Shown here: positions 1-27,319 of the stretch, in pieces | Layout of the letters: the number at the start of each line of letters is the position of its first letter | Position numbering within the stretch: position 1 is the first letter of the stretch | Assembly: GCA_040954595.2 (NCBI GenBank) | Contig: CM082590.2 | Coordinates: 9,574,088-9,638,087 of the forward strand | Direction: 5' to 3' | Source: Balanoglossus misakiensis | Taxonomy: Eukaryota > Animalia > Hemichordata | DNA length: 64,000 bases | The notes under the pieces: model-generated | Database searches by the model: none | What the model was told of the DNA's origin: nothing | What the model saw: only the letters and a program-made list of their open reading frames with translations | Program-made: the position numbers and the translations under genes

Positions 1-3000
1 CACGCACACACACGCACACGCACGTACACACCTGAGTTTGAACGTTAACACACAGGAACCAACATGGCGGTACATTTTACAAAACCAATGTCATGACAAC
101 CACCAAAGGCCCCCTTAGCTAATAACCCAGTATCACTAACCGACTCCTTAGCCTGCCGTCTGTGGGTAATTGACATTTTCACTCAGAACACATTCAGTCG
201 AACACACTGGTTGACGCCACACCCCAACAGCAGTAATTAATAGCGTAATTAATCTTACATTACAAAAAAAATCCCCAGAGTTTAAGACTCAAGACTCTGG
301 TCTTTGTGAGTGCTGTCAATCTACAATGCCATTAACCCTTCCACCCCACCCCATCCACCCCCATCTCCCTGCAAATAGACTCATCCGTACCATTGAAAAC
401 AACAGGACTGACCTAAATCAAGTAGGGTGGGAGGGCTAACCGAATAAAGTAATCGAGTATGGTCAACTCACTGGCAAATAACAACATTGACCATTTCACA
501 ATACTGGCATCTGCGAGGTGCTCACACAGTACGCACATTTCTCAGTGCAAGTGCTTTTTATAATGTATATACATGAATACTTAATTTTTTTCCCACTAAA
601 AGACCGTCTGCTTTTAAAAAAATAACCTAATTCAAAGAATAACAATTCTACTTTGTAATAACGTATCCGAACATGCTTTCTTTAAGCAATGCTGCTTGCT
701 ACTATAACTAACTCCCCCATATTATATAAATTACATCTAATCATAAATATTTTTCATCCTCCTGAGGATACCTCTATTACGTTCAGTAACCTAGAAAGAC
801 CAAACTGGTTCCCCTAGGCATATGACAAAAAAATTAATTGACAACCAATCAGGGGAAAGAATGCACAACAAATTAAAATCTGATCTTTTCATGCAAAATA
901 AAGCAAAACAAAATACTGGCTGTTTGTTTTCTAATTTCAAAATGAACACCTCACCAAGAGAGTTTATAGACAAACAAAAATAAAATAAACACAACTGTGA
1001 TGTAAAAGAAACAATAGCAGGAAAAGTAAGAAAATTGAATTAAAAAGCACCAAAATGTTACTATACTTGGCAACTTGTAAAACATTTTGTAAAATTTACG
1101 ACACCCTCAAAAAAAGTTCACAATTCTAGTTTCTTTGTGTCTTACTGTTCAGCTACTTTTGCAGCCTGATCTAAGCGGTCTTTATTAAATAAATTTTGTA
1201 GTACTCCTTAGGTATGTGGTAGTAATTTACAGTGCTCCCTAGAGTAAGTTAGATTAACACTGAGATAAATAGTTTCCATGACAATCAAAGGTCAATAAAA
1301 TCAAAATCACAAGATATTTTTCCAACTTGTGTCGTCATGGCAACTTTCAATTTATTTAGACATGGTACTATGAACTTTGACATACCATGAAATTTGGAGT
1401 TACTACAAACTTTCAACAAAACAGACACTCCAATGACTCCCTAGGTTCATTTGAATTTTAAAGGTGTGCATTTTAAAAAAGCAAGGCAGTTGATGTAAAG
1501 AGCACAGAAAAATATTTTTTTTTGCTAAACTACTTATTTTGATACCAGCTGCAGTTTGTGTCATATTTCAAAAGGTAAAAGTTCAAGAAAAATTAAAAAA
1601 AGTTTATTAGTTTCTATTTTACATGGATTATTGTAAGTACACTACAGTTCTTGAGGTATGTGATTCTAAGAAAATACACCCCGCCACCCCTATAATTCCT
1701 GATATTGGTTTTACCATTACATGTCAATAAATGGACTACTCTATGCATGCAGGTTAATCAGGGGTGTTCAGTCTAAACATGAGGTCACTGTTACAATCAT
1801 TGCTCGCAACCCTACTTAAAACCTGTTTACAATTCACTAGCCACTCATAATATATACAAGTATATACATGGTGTGAACACACTGATCCTGAGGGAGGAAG
1901 GACATCACTTATAACAGCCTTGTTGTCACATGATCGAGTCAAAACTTCGCCCTGTCTATTTGCGGTACTATTCTTGCTGATCACGCATGTTAACAGCTGA
2001 AACAGAGGTCACTACATATACCTTTTGTGTTCATGGTCATGACATGAGGGCGCAGCCATTAGGTTTTCTGGGGGGGGGGGGGGAGGGGGCACAATTAGTT
2101 AAGACCAGTTCTCCAAAATTTTAGCAAATGCCAATGCCAAGAATGATGTATGGAACTTGTCAGATTTCATAGACATATGGTTTACAAAACTCAGCTGCTT
2201 AACTGTGTTATTAAACCTCCCTGCTGAACCCTCCCTTATTTTTTCCAGTGAACCCTCCCTTAAATTCATCCTATATAATTTTTTATACAAAGTCCGAGTT
2301 ATTGATCACTTATTTTCTTACAAAGGGGAAGTTAGCTCTATTGACCAAATATGGCATAATTTTTTCCTTAATTTTTGACCAAACAAAATTGCTGATAAAA
2401 CCAGGTTAAAGGCGCAGTAATCTTCATTAGGAACCATATTATATTTATCTATTAATATTAGAGACTTGAGGTAGAACAACTTATTGGCAAGCTCAGACGA
2501 GATTTTGAAACTTTCACTCATTTTAAGGTCGGAAAGTAACATCTGAACAGAGAGGTGTTTTATGCATTCAGAGAGCAACATTTGGCAACAGATTTCTCCA
2601 CGTTTAGTAATTATCATATCATATAAGGAAACAGATTTTCCATATTTGGTAAATAGGCGATAACTACTGAACCCCATATGACCATATGTGGAAGTTTTAT
2701 GACCTAACTGTATTGTCACTTCCATATTTGGAAAATTCAATTCCTTGTACAGAAACCTCATGGATAGATTTTTCAAGTCACCTAATGATGGACTAAAAAA
2801 TTGGTGGGTGATTAGTCATCGCTGCTGCGAGCATCTTTACTAGAGAACTAATCAAAACGTTTGCTCACGTGAAATGCGCATTATTTACCTTTTTAGATTT
2901 CCCAACATAAAGTTCACAGCAATATTCACCATGGTAACCCTCAAGTATCTAAGCTCTTAATGATGCTTGCAAATTATGACAAAAAATCGGAAGCTACGAG

Positions 3001-3140
3001 ATTTAATAAATCTGGAATTGGCGATTTATAAATTTTTTTTTAGAGCCGCTCATTTCATCAGTTATTCGGTGGTTGCCTGCCAATAGCTATGAATGTTTTT
3101 TTTTCTCCTCAAAAATCTCCATACTTGGTGCCTCTCATTG

Positions 3141-3232
3141 TAACCCTTTCACCCCCAGTTTCCTTTACAGAGGTCCACTCTTACCATAGAAAACAATGGG
3201 TTTGGACTGAACCATGGTGGTGAAAGGGTTAA
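3141..3232. mobile_element. ~90 bp MITE, piggyBac-like ends (TTAA-CCCTTTCACC...GGTGAAAGGG-TTAA)
   Basis: Terminal inverted repeat TAACCCTTTCACC / GGTGAAAGGGTTA; the internal sequence recurs at many sites in the window. Confidence 0.8.
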
Positions 3233-4686
3233 CAGGATTATAACTTTGCCCACTGAAAGTGAAAAATAACCTAAAGTAACCTGGAGCTTGAATTAGACTA
3301 GCTATGCCGAGCTTGAGCTTTGAAACAAAATATTTGGGTTCAGTCTCCCAAAAGCGGTTATATAAATATTTGTACATGACACAGTGTACATTAATAATGG
3401 TTATCCATTCCTGAGATTTTCAGCTGACTACACCGACGACAAAAAAATAAAATAAAAGAATTTCACAGTTAGTTTGTCACTGAGGGACTAAATTCATAAA
3501 GTAACAAAACACAGAGGTATATTGTGAAGCGCGATATTACACACGATTATAATCCCGTTGCATTCAACACTAGTAAACATAGAGGTATTAAATATGCTGA
3601 AATACCCGACGATAGATGATGCGGTATTTATGTCACCACATTCAGAACTATTAAATATTGACAAGTATGGTGTGAATTTCCAAGTACCGTTAACGATCTC
3701 CTGATCTTTTCGAACAAGCAGTTAACATTTTTATCGCCTCCCCCTTTTTTAAAACACCCAAGGAGTCAATTTCACGTCAGATGATGTATAGTAGTGACAC
3801 CCCCTGATACTGAGTGTCTGCTGTATAGGAGTGCCACCCCCTGATATACACAACGTTATAGAGGTATTCGCCGAACATCAATTCCCCTCCCCCCCCCCTC
3901 TCTCCCCGCTATTAAGTTACATAGAATATTATCACTATTTGAGGTAAGTGTGAGGTAAGAAGAGAAAAGAAATCACAAACTATCAACACAAAATGTCCTG
4001 GATACTCGCGGGCTACCCGCCATCTCACGAACATAGTAGAACATAAATATGAACGCACTGTGAATGAAATACTTCTTTCAAAAATTCTGAAGAGGAGTTG
4101 TAACTGTCCTTAGCGCAGTACTCTTCAAAACTTCAGTGGTTGACTCTAAATATTGTTTGTTGTTATTTTTTTTGACCTGATACCGTAACGGAGGTGGGTT
4201 TTTTTTTACATAACAAACGATGCAGCATTGCTGTTTTGGATGGTGTCCTGTTTCCTGTCGGAACTCCGTGAGAGAATTCTCTTTGGAAAATTCTTGTTTC
4301 CTGGTTCTGGATGAGTGAACGTACGTAGTGCAGATCGTGCTGAAGTACCTGAATTTTGACAGCTGCCATGACGACGCGTACAGTGCGCGATTTTTCGCCG
4401 ATTTCGACGAGTGAGACCTGTCACCCGTGAACGACATCATCGCGGGAATCCATTCCACAAGAAACGTACGCTTGTCGTCATTTTTGAAGTGATGCTCAAA
4501 AGCCACAAGTCTGCCTGCTGAGAATACCACAAAACAAATACGTTTTCGATCCACAGCATCTTCAATTCAGGTTCCTGGTTTTAATCTGAGTCCTTGAGAT
4601 TTCGTTGCAAAATGATATTCATAACACGTTTTGTCGTGTGACGATCCACGCCATACACAGTGCTTATGATACACACACATACGCCC

Positions 4687-13786
<9,100 letters not shown>

Positions 13787-15829
13787 GATGGAGAACGAGC
13801 TTGAAGTTCAAATAAACGGGCTCTATCAAATGCGTTACTACTCCCCAAGTTCACGTCGCGATCTTCACTTTCTTCCAATTTCCAGTCCTATATTTGGCAA
13901 CAGTAGGCAGTCCGATAACTGATTTATCGAACCGCATTAGAAAATCCTTCGAAAATCCCCGTGTTTGGGGTCCACGGGAAGCGATGAAAACTATCAAACT
14001 GCAGCAAGGATAGCTCCTTCATAATACCCAAAATGGCTGCCTTTATTTTCGAGCACGGCACTCACACACATAACAAACATACCCGGATGTAATGTAACCT
14101 CTGAACGTTGACCGAAGTGTCCTCGTCTGTGATTGGTCACTCTTTATACCGAGTTACGCGCATCAAATGCGCCTGTTTCGCATTAAATTTATATACTGGG
14201 TGTAAAATGCAACCAGAATCAACAAAACTCATTTATGTCTCCCTGTCTATACCCCTTTCTCCGAATATTCAATTTAGTCCTGCTAAAGAGGGACCTTGAC
14301 TTATCCTGGAAGTAGCCAATCAAATGCGATGTTTGAGTTTGCTGTGATCTACAGGATGATGGACAGGTTAGATTGTATCAAACTACGGCTGTCGTCACAG
14401 TTGAACTTCCTCCCTGAACTCTCTGCGCGCGCTGAGAGCGTCAAGGTCAATATCTCGGCTGAGGAAAAGGCCTTCAAAATATTGATTGTTGGGAAAACAA
14501 CAAACGAAGCCCGGAAAATCGTTTCCTTTGTGCGAATCAAAGAAAAGTTAACAAAGGAAACAGATCAACTGATATCCGATAGTCAAATGATGCGGTTTCC
14601 CGAAAGATTTTAATCTTTTAATCTTTAAAAATTCGCAAATGGCCAATATAAAAACAATTTACGCGTGAAACATGAATGTGCTTTATTCTCATAACATACA
14701 AATGTAATCAATCCCGCATGTTAGCATTGTAATACAAGTATATTTTCAAAAAGCCATCCTGAATGTGAAAATATTTCATACATTAATTCCATAATAACTA
14801 TTTGCTTCTCAAAACTACTATTTTTCTCTGACAGTCTTCTAGAAGTACGTGCCGGCTGTATTACGATTCAGGCACCTCTTTTTGACATTTCTCTATTGAT
14901 TTTCTGTGTCGTAATTGACACATTCCTAGGAATTCGAACTGTAGATATCGGACATGATATTGAAGGTTGATTTCTCCGTGCGTGCGCGTGAACAATGATA
15001 TGTACATATCTAGTCTGTAAATTTCACGATATGGAAACAATATAGCCGTAAACAGTTTTTAAAAAAGTGTTCTTTACCCTTCCTATAACTTGAATCATAC
15101 AAACTTTATCACTTCGACATTTTCTATTCTTCACATCGCATAAATCTTTAGGCCTAGAATCTTTTAAATTCTTTTGTTTTTATTTTGCAATACATTGATA
15201 TTCGGTGTGGTATAATTGCTGCGTACTTCATTGGTTCGTTTTCATAAAAGATCGCCCCTTTGTTGCGTTGATAAAATAAGAAGAACGATATTATATCCGC
15301 GTTATAAGGCCAGTAAACTGTGCTTCCCATTCGACACTCATTGTGGTCACATAAATCTTAGAGAAAATGACGGGTAAATATTGCAAAATCTGTGTCGCCG
15401 AAAGTGGGTCGGGTCGTCACAGTGTACGTGTGCAGAATGCCTGGCCTATCGCTTCATTGGAAAATATAGGACATTATTGTAATGTGCATGACAGTTCGTT
15501 GAGCTACATTTGTCAATCCTGGTGGACTTGCGAAATAGGGGGAGTGGTACCAGTACTTGTACTTGGCCAAATGTAAACAGTACCATAATGCGCCACGGTT
15601 GTTGTGATGTTCACGTTTCAAGTTTACGCAGGCGCACGCGAAACTGACAACTCGTTGATTCCATACAGCCTTTATTGACATTATAAACATCAAATCAGGG
15701 GTCAATATGAACGATTGTGTTTTGTGACATGAGTATTGGTGATAAATCTCTCGCCGAGAGCTATCGTGATCTGTAAAACAGAACTAAACTCGCAAAATAA
15801 GCATTTTCGTACAAGCCACCCATGTACAT

Positions 15830-15960
15830 TTCGTGATTGGTTACATATGACGTAATTTCTTGGTTACTATATTTAGAGCGAAACCGCTAAGTGATTGGCT
15901 TAAGATTTATGACGTTTTGCCACTCGTGGAGTTTATTGGTTAATGATGACATCAGTTGCT
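15830..15960 (+). promoter_or_regulatory. Proximal promoter of the bZIP gene: CCAAT boxes and CRE/ATF-like sites
   Basis: ATTGG at 15836, 15894 and 15935; TGACGTAA at 15848; TGATGACATCA at 15944; lies just upstream of a putative non-coding exon ending at donor 16079|GTAATA. Confidence 0.55.
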
Positions 15961-16400
15961 AAATATGGAACTCGCGGTTGCACCATAAGTACGATACGAT
16001 TGCACCAGCAAACTGAAATTGTTATCAACGTCGAAGGAGAGAGATCGTTAGCGCAAGCTGTCCGCTTGGACACCCAAAGGTAATAGTAATTTTCTGGTTA
16101 AAATCCTAAAGTCAGATTTAGCTCTAAAAACAGTTGAGCATCGGAAATGGGGTAATCAATGTTTGGGACGTGTGTGTTTCAACCATATACACATATATCA
16201 TTTGATATATCTACCAGACATTTTAATATTTGCAAGGTGAATTTTACTCAGTTTTGCTTGCTTCTTAACAGGCGAGGGAGGGAGTAAGTATCGTGGAGGG
16301 ACAACATCTCGATTTGAGTGCGTGCGAAGAAACCGTCAACATTCAGCGTCTAGGAGAGACCCAGCCCTTTGTTTCCATAGCAACGGAACCCGCCGGAGAC

Positions 16401-16583
16401 ATGTTGTGTGACAGCCTTGTTGTGAGCTTGCTTGACAAGAACTTGGATTGTGAAGGAAAGGTGGCCATGGACGATTTAATCGATTGGTTTGAAGACGATT
16501 CAGATAAGTTTTCTACCAAAGATGATCGCCATGGCCTCCAACATTGCCTTACGTTGGATCCTGGTGCCAAGTGGCCTATTTGA
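16401..16583 (+). other. 60-codon upstream ORF overlapping the bZIP start out of frame
   Basis: ATG 16401 and in-frame GCCATGG 16467; stop TGA 16581-16583 lies 53-62 nt downstream of the main-frame ATGs (16522/16531). Confidence 0.7.
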
Positions 16584-18400
16584 CAAAGGTAAATGGGGGA
16601 AATATATCATACAAAACATGAAATGCAGCCAAAATGAAATAAACATATCTTTGAAGGAAGCTACGAGTATCTAAACTCATACGAAAGCTGACATGGTGGG
16701 AAGGGCATTGTAAAAAAACAGACACTACTTGAAATGGACTAGATCAAAGGTGCTATTTTGGCAAAGGGGCGTGTACAATCATTGCACTATTGTCTCTGAT
16801 TGTGTGCTGAGTAGAGATTTAGAAATGGACGAAAGGGGGAGGGGTCTCCTGGTCCTAAAATCTGAAGTTTTGCTGTAATGAAAAACATAACAATTTGAAA
16901 TTATTCACTTCTTTTGTCAAGGCATTTCTGCAAGACTTATTCTGTGTTCTGTGGCGTGTGTCCATGAAACCAACCCTTTGGATGTCCGATGATTTCTGAG
17001 CGAACAATGTCTTGAATTTTTGTTCCGCAGAAGGCATCGATCTGTCAACAGTTGATGTCGCTTCAGAAATCGACATCCTGAAGACAGCAGTGGACCAATC
17101 AGAACTGTTTCCCATACTTCATGATGTTGCGCCGGACAATAGCGATGTTGTTCCGTCGCCCGGATTTGATGTCATGGGAGACATCTTCTTCGATGCCTTT
17201 ACGGATCTGTCAGGGCTTCTAAGTGGGGTAGGTGATCTTTTGATTCAAGTGTTTACCCATCCAACCCTGTTTTGGCTGATGCAAGCTTAGTGTATGTTAT
17301 TTGTGATGCAAGACATCATCATTCTCAAAGTCCTGCAAGATATTGACATTCCCAGGGTCCTAAATTCTCAGTGACATCACTTGTCGTCGTGGCAACAATT
17401 TTCAATACCTTGCATGCATAATTAATGAGGGGTGTTTCACAACATGATGCAAGCTCAGCACTTCTTGATGAAATGTCAGCAAAATAAAACAGCAAAACGT
17501 TGAGAGTGAATAATTCTTTCTGCGATGGTTGTGATGCGGATAATATCAAGATGGTGTCGTTTGCGGTAATCAATCTTTTTTCTTGTGATTCAGATTTTTA
17601 GAATTGGTTTTGCTGTTGTTTTTATCGTTTGATGTACTGTAGAACTGATCTTTCTCAAGAATGACTTCAGTCAAGACTGTGTTAGTGGCTACGCCAGTGT
17701 CTATAGTGGCCACTTTCTTACAGTATCTGTGCATTTTACATGTACCTTAATTGATGAGTCTATGAAGGCCAGGAACTTTCCTAAACTAGCCTTTATTGAC
17801 AGGTCATTTAATGCACATGTAAATTGCAAATTTTTTTTAACAAAGTGGCCGCTATATAGAGGTGGTAACTAACACAGGTTTGTTGAAAAGTATATTTGGT
17901 TTTTGCTGAGGTGGGGAAACAATAAGATTAATGTATGCCTTAATATTATTTGTTTACAGGAGGAGCCCTGTGGAGCTACATCTGATGTGGAAGTGCTTGA
18001 TACAATAAACAGCGAGGCTATTCTACCAAGTACTTCCACCCCCTTTGAAGAGAAAGCGGTACAATCTGGAAAGTCCCCAAGAAAACGAACGCTTGCTGTT
18101 TACGTGGAAGAGGATGACAATGAATTCGAACAGGAAGAGAAGAAGCCGAGGACCTCCACGTCAACCGCAAGCTTCGAGAAATATCGCGAGAGGCGCGACA
18201 AGAACAACGTCGCTTCGAGAAGATCGCGCGAGATCAAGAAAGTCAAAGATTCTGAGCTGGTCAAAAAAGCTGAAGAACTGGAGGAAAGTAACAACAAACT
18301 TAAAGACCAAATAGAAGAACTGACGAAGCACACAGAATTTTTGAGAACGAAATTAATCGAGACTCTGTCATCGAAAAGATTGGCACAAGCCCAGAAGTAA
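16522..18400 (+). CDS. bZIP transcription factor, C/EBP/PAR-like, 3 coding exons
   Basis: Exons 16522(or 16531)-16588, 17031-17227, 17960-18400 join in frame (phase 1, then 0). Basic region KYRERRDKNNVASRRSR followed by leucine heptads (LEESNNKLKDQIEELTKHTEFLRTKL); acidic N-terminal half. Confidence 0.85.
17277..17474 (+). promoter_or_regulatory. Intronic cluster of C/EBP-ATF (CARE/AARE-like) motifs
   Basis: TGATGCAAG at 17277, 17304, 17445 and TGATGAAAT at 17466, all fitting TGATGnAAn. Confidence 0.5.
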
Positions 18401-19276
18401 AGTAAATAAGAGAAATGTTTATAAAACTTGACAGAGAAACCTGATTATTTTTTAGGTAAATGAAAAAATTAACATCAATATCAGTTGTTTGTTTGTACAC
18501 CTACAAATGGAATAGTCTAGTAATGAAATAGACCAATAGTAGAATGTTCCATTGATGTACGGGGGGGGGGGGGGGGTATATGCTTGTCTAGAAGACGCAT
18601 AAAATACTGAGAAATGTTTAAAGATTGAAAAGTTCATGGTTCCATGTCAAAGCACCACCTACCCATTCATCCCAGCAAATTACTTTGACCCCAGTGTTTT
18701 CTATTGACATCATTGGACCACTAAACTAAAACACAGGGGTGGATGGGTTCAAAAACACTTGTCTGCAAGTGTTGATCACCTTTAGTGATAAAAAAGTCAT
18801 TTACATGTACATTTTTTTGTGAAAACTAAGTTTGAAGTTTTTTTTAAGAGACTATGTCATACCAGGGAAAAGAAACATGGCCCTAAGCACAGTAAAAGTT
18901 TATAGGAGAAAAAAGAAACAGGTTATCTGACCTTTTCAATGTCACCGATGTTTTAAGAAAAATTAAATGGCCCATGTGTTCACTTTTGTTGGCTGAAATG
19001 CAACAAAATAAAAATATAATGTTTAAAAGATCTTAACTATCTTGGTATTTTTGTGTGTGAGTGTGCTGATGTGGGTTGCAGTAACAACAGGTTTCTTGGA
19101 AATCTATTTCACGAGAATTTATTGCCGCTACAAATAGTTGGTTAAAATAATTGCAGGGTTTCTGTAAAATTCACCATTCTCGCGGCTAACTCGATACCTA
19201 CTCTATTCCTTCTGTTCGTATGACTTAAAAAAGTCAAAATATTGTACTTCGAGGATACTGTGTTGTGTGGTTGTTC

Positions 19277-24239
<4,963 letters not shown>

Positions 24240-25002
24240 GATTTCGGCGTCCAAAGACAGCGTAGGTACCTGACCTTATCGTCTGCTTGATCTGCAGAGG
24301 AAACGCCCACCTTTGATGTCAAAGTTCAAAGGTCATCAAAGATGTCGCCCGAAATTGTTCTGTCATTGCCAGCGGTCCCTTCTTGTTCGATATATAGATA
24401 AAAAAGGTAATGTAGCGCTGGAAAATGATGCTCTACCGATTTTACTATTAAATATTCGAAAATAAATTATTTTCTTCAAAAATCCTCTTCTGTGCAGAAA
24501 AGCTGACATATACCGACGAGGGCGCACTTATACAACAATGTAAATTTCGTTGTTTCTATAGAAACTGTGGTATTTATGTAAATAATCATTGATTAGCGTC
24601 CTACTATTTTAAGTCACAAGAATGTTGCCAAGACCATCTTTTGACATCAGTAATATGGAGTACACATCACGTCAATCAGCACATTAAAACAAAAATACAC
24701 GTACACACAACTTTAACTTTTTGGACAAAGTCCTTTTAATAATACATTTTGTCTACAAACTGCTTCATACATGAAAGTTACAATGGTTTTTAAAAGCCCC
24801 ATTTTAAGCAAGATATATTTCTATTTCAGGGCAAAACTTCAGCCTCAAAGTATCACACTTAAGATGCTCAATCCATGGACATATAATGCAGAAGTATTGA
24901 CAGAGTATTGTCTGAATGTCCTTGCGCAAGAACTGTGTGGGTCTTCAAGAAAGATTTCTAAGAAAATGAGCCCTGTCTGGGACACTCAAAAATTGTGTTG
25001 TA

Positions 25003-27319
25003 TCAAGTCTGACTCATCAGACTGCTGGTTTTATGTATTCTGAGATGCTTTGTTAGATTTCCTTTCAATTTGCATCTGTAGCCGCAGAATTCACATTGCC
25101 ATGGTTTCTCGTCGGAGTGAATCAAGAGATGTTTCTCCATATTCGTCTTCGAGGAGAACTCGCGGCTGCAGAGCGGACACTTAAACTGGTTGGCTCTGGT
25201 GTGGATGTACAGATGCTGTTGAAGCCTGAAGCGGTTGCGAAACTCTTTCCCGCATCGATCACATTGAGCTCCTTCGTTGTCGTGTACGACGCGAAGGTGA
25301 TGTTTGAACGATTGGTAGATAGTGAACACTTTACTGCAGATCTCGCACGTGTACACGGTCGGGTTTTCTTCGTGTGAGGTCATGTGTTCCACCAGCTCGC
25401 AGTTGCGTCGAAATTCCTTGTTGCAGTGTTTACAAATGTGCTGTTTTACGGTATGCCGATTCAGGATATGCACGCGCAGCCCTGCGTCGGTCAGCAGGGT
25501 CCGATCGCAAATTTTGCATTTGTACGTTTTTTCTTTTGTGTGAATGTTCAAGTGTGCGTCTAGCTGATCTTTCCAGTGGAATTTTCGACCGCAATGCGAA
25601 CACTGGATCATCTTTTCCATATGTTCCCGTCTGTGCTTCACCAAACTGTCGTTGGTCTTAAAAACCGCTTCGCAGATTTGACACTTGTACCGATTCACGC
25701 CACTGTGAGCATTCATGTGAAGCCAGTGCTGCTTGCGATCAACGAATTCTTTTCCGCAAAGATGGCAAAAGTACAGAACCATCTTAGTCACATGATCGGA
25801 CAGAAGATGCTGGTGCCACTCCTTGTAAAATAAAGTCACACCACAGAACCGACATTTTCGAATCTGACACGGGCCCTTCACGCGATGCACTTCGCAGTTT
25901 CGTTCCTTCTTAAACGCAAATCCGCATTTCTCACAAATGTACGGCTTGCCCTCATTCCTGTCTTTCAGAATCAATTTGATTTTCTCCCTCCACGCTTCTA
26001 ATTCTTCTTCATTGTTAGCTGTGCATTTTTGGCGAATTAATGTTCTTCGAACTTTCGCTTCATTCGCGGATTTCGCTGCATCTCTTCGTCGCTTCCGTGT
26101 CCTCTTCACTCTCTCTTTGTCATCTTTAGTTTTCACATCTCTTCCAGCTCGTGTTTTCCTCTCAAGCCCATCATCGCAGTCATCATTGTCCTTCTCTGCA
26201 CTTTCGCTGCCCTCAGCACTTGACCTCTGACCCTGTGAACTTTGCACCGACTCTGCTTCGTTTTCTTTCTTCACTTCATCGTGCTCATCTCCACTACTTT
26301 CTTCTTCATCGTCAATGGCAAAACTGTCATCACTCCTTTTATCATCACTGTCTTCTCCATCCTCTTCCTCCTCCTCCTCCTCCACATCACCATCATCACT
26401 ACCACCGCCATCATCGTCACCATCATCACCACTTTCACCATCACCACCACCATCATCACAATTATCAGCATCTTTTAAACCCCCCTCATCATCTTTCCGA
26501 GCCCCAGCAATGGGAAAAGCAGTCTCTATTCCTGGTAACGGAGCCTTTTCCGGCTTTTCTTCCATCACCACTCTTGATTCCTGTAACCGTTCAACAGGAT
26601 AAGAAAATCTCTCTTCTACACCGGGCCCATTCTTGTCTGCCCCTTCACTCCTATATCCTGAATACCCTGCATCCCCACTGTAAGTGAAGTTACCCATCAA
26701 ATTAGCAGGCGGACACCCCTCTCTGTAGTACACAGGTCTACTCATTTCCTTTCTGGCTGTCGACTGAGGATGTGGGTTGGTTGATGAGATGACATCCTTT
26801 TCTTTCACATCTAATCCTCGCGATGGCTGTCTCACCAAGTTACTCGGTATATGAAAATCGTACGATCGACATTTCAGACCTGTAGTCTGGAATTCTCGGA
26901 CAAAGTCTTGACTTCCCATGTACTGTGATGATATTCCGTCCTCGGAGATGATGACAAACGCACTGCATCCTAATTTCTCCATCAACTCTTGAGTCTGAAA
27001 GAAAAGATAAGATGACTTCGAATTTGATCAAAACAGACGATCATAGTAGACATTGGAAATATACCCAGCCAAGTAAAGGAAGCAAACTGAATTTGAAGCT
27101 ACCCTGGCTTGACAGAGGGATGATACAGTCTGATTTGACATGCCAGCACTATTTATAATAAAGCCCCCCCCCCCCCCCCTGAGGGCCCCTCCCTAACACA
27201 GGCACTTATTATAGTCTCAGTGGTTTCTGTACACTTAATGACAACATCAAACTAACCTTCTCAAACACTTCATCCTTCAATCTAACCGACAGCCCGTCAT
27301 CTGGCCCTGATGACTGCAT
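25003..27319 (-). CDS. C2H2 zinc-finger protein (cluster member 1), 2 coding exons
   Basis: Exon 1 27319-27257 (MQSSGPDDGLSVRLKDEVFEK|GTTAGT), exon 2 26994-25003 (TQELMEKLGC...). Acidic linker, basic segment, about 11 CxxC...HxxxH fingers. Confidence 0.92.

Noticed and set aside
2318-2776. 152 aa ORF downstream of ACVR2
   Set aside because: No recognisable motif, non-ATG start, AT-rich; more likely a decayed non-coding repeat.
4078-4554. 158 aa ORF and possible stop read-through after ACVR2
   Set aside because: No motif; the conserved C-terminal KESCL motif argues the TAG at 4687 is the true end; region is probably 3' UTR.
26151-26687. His-rich, Ser-rich and Met-rich ORFs overlapping ZF genes (also 29259-29687, 34520-34879)
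   Set aside because: Alternative-frame or antisense readings of GAT-rich acidic linkers.
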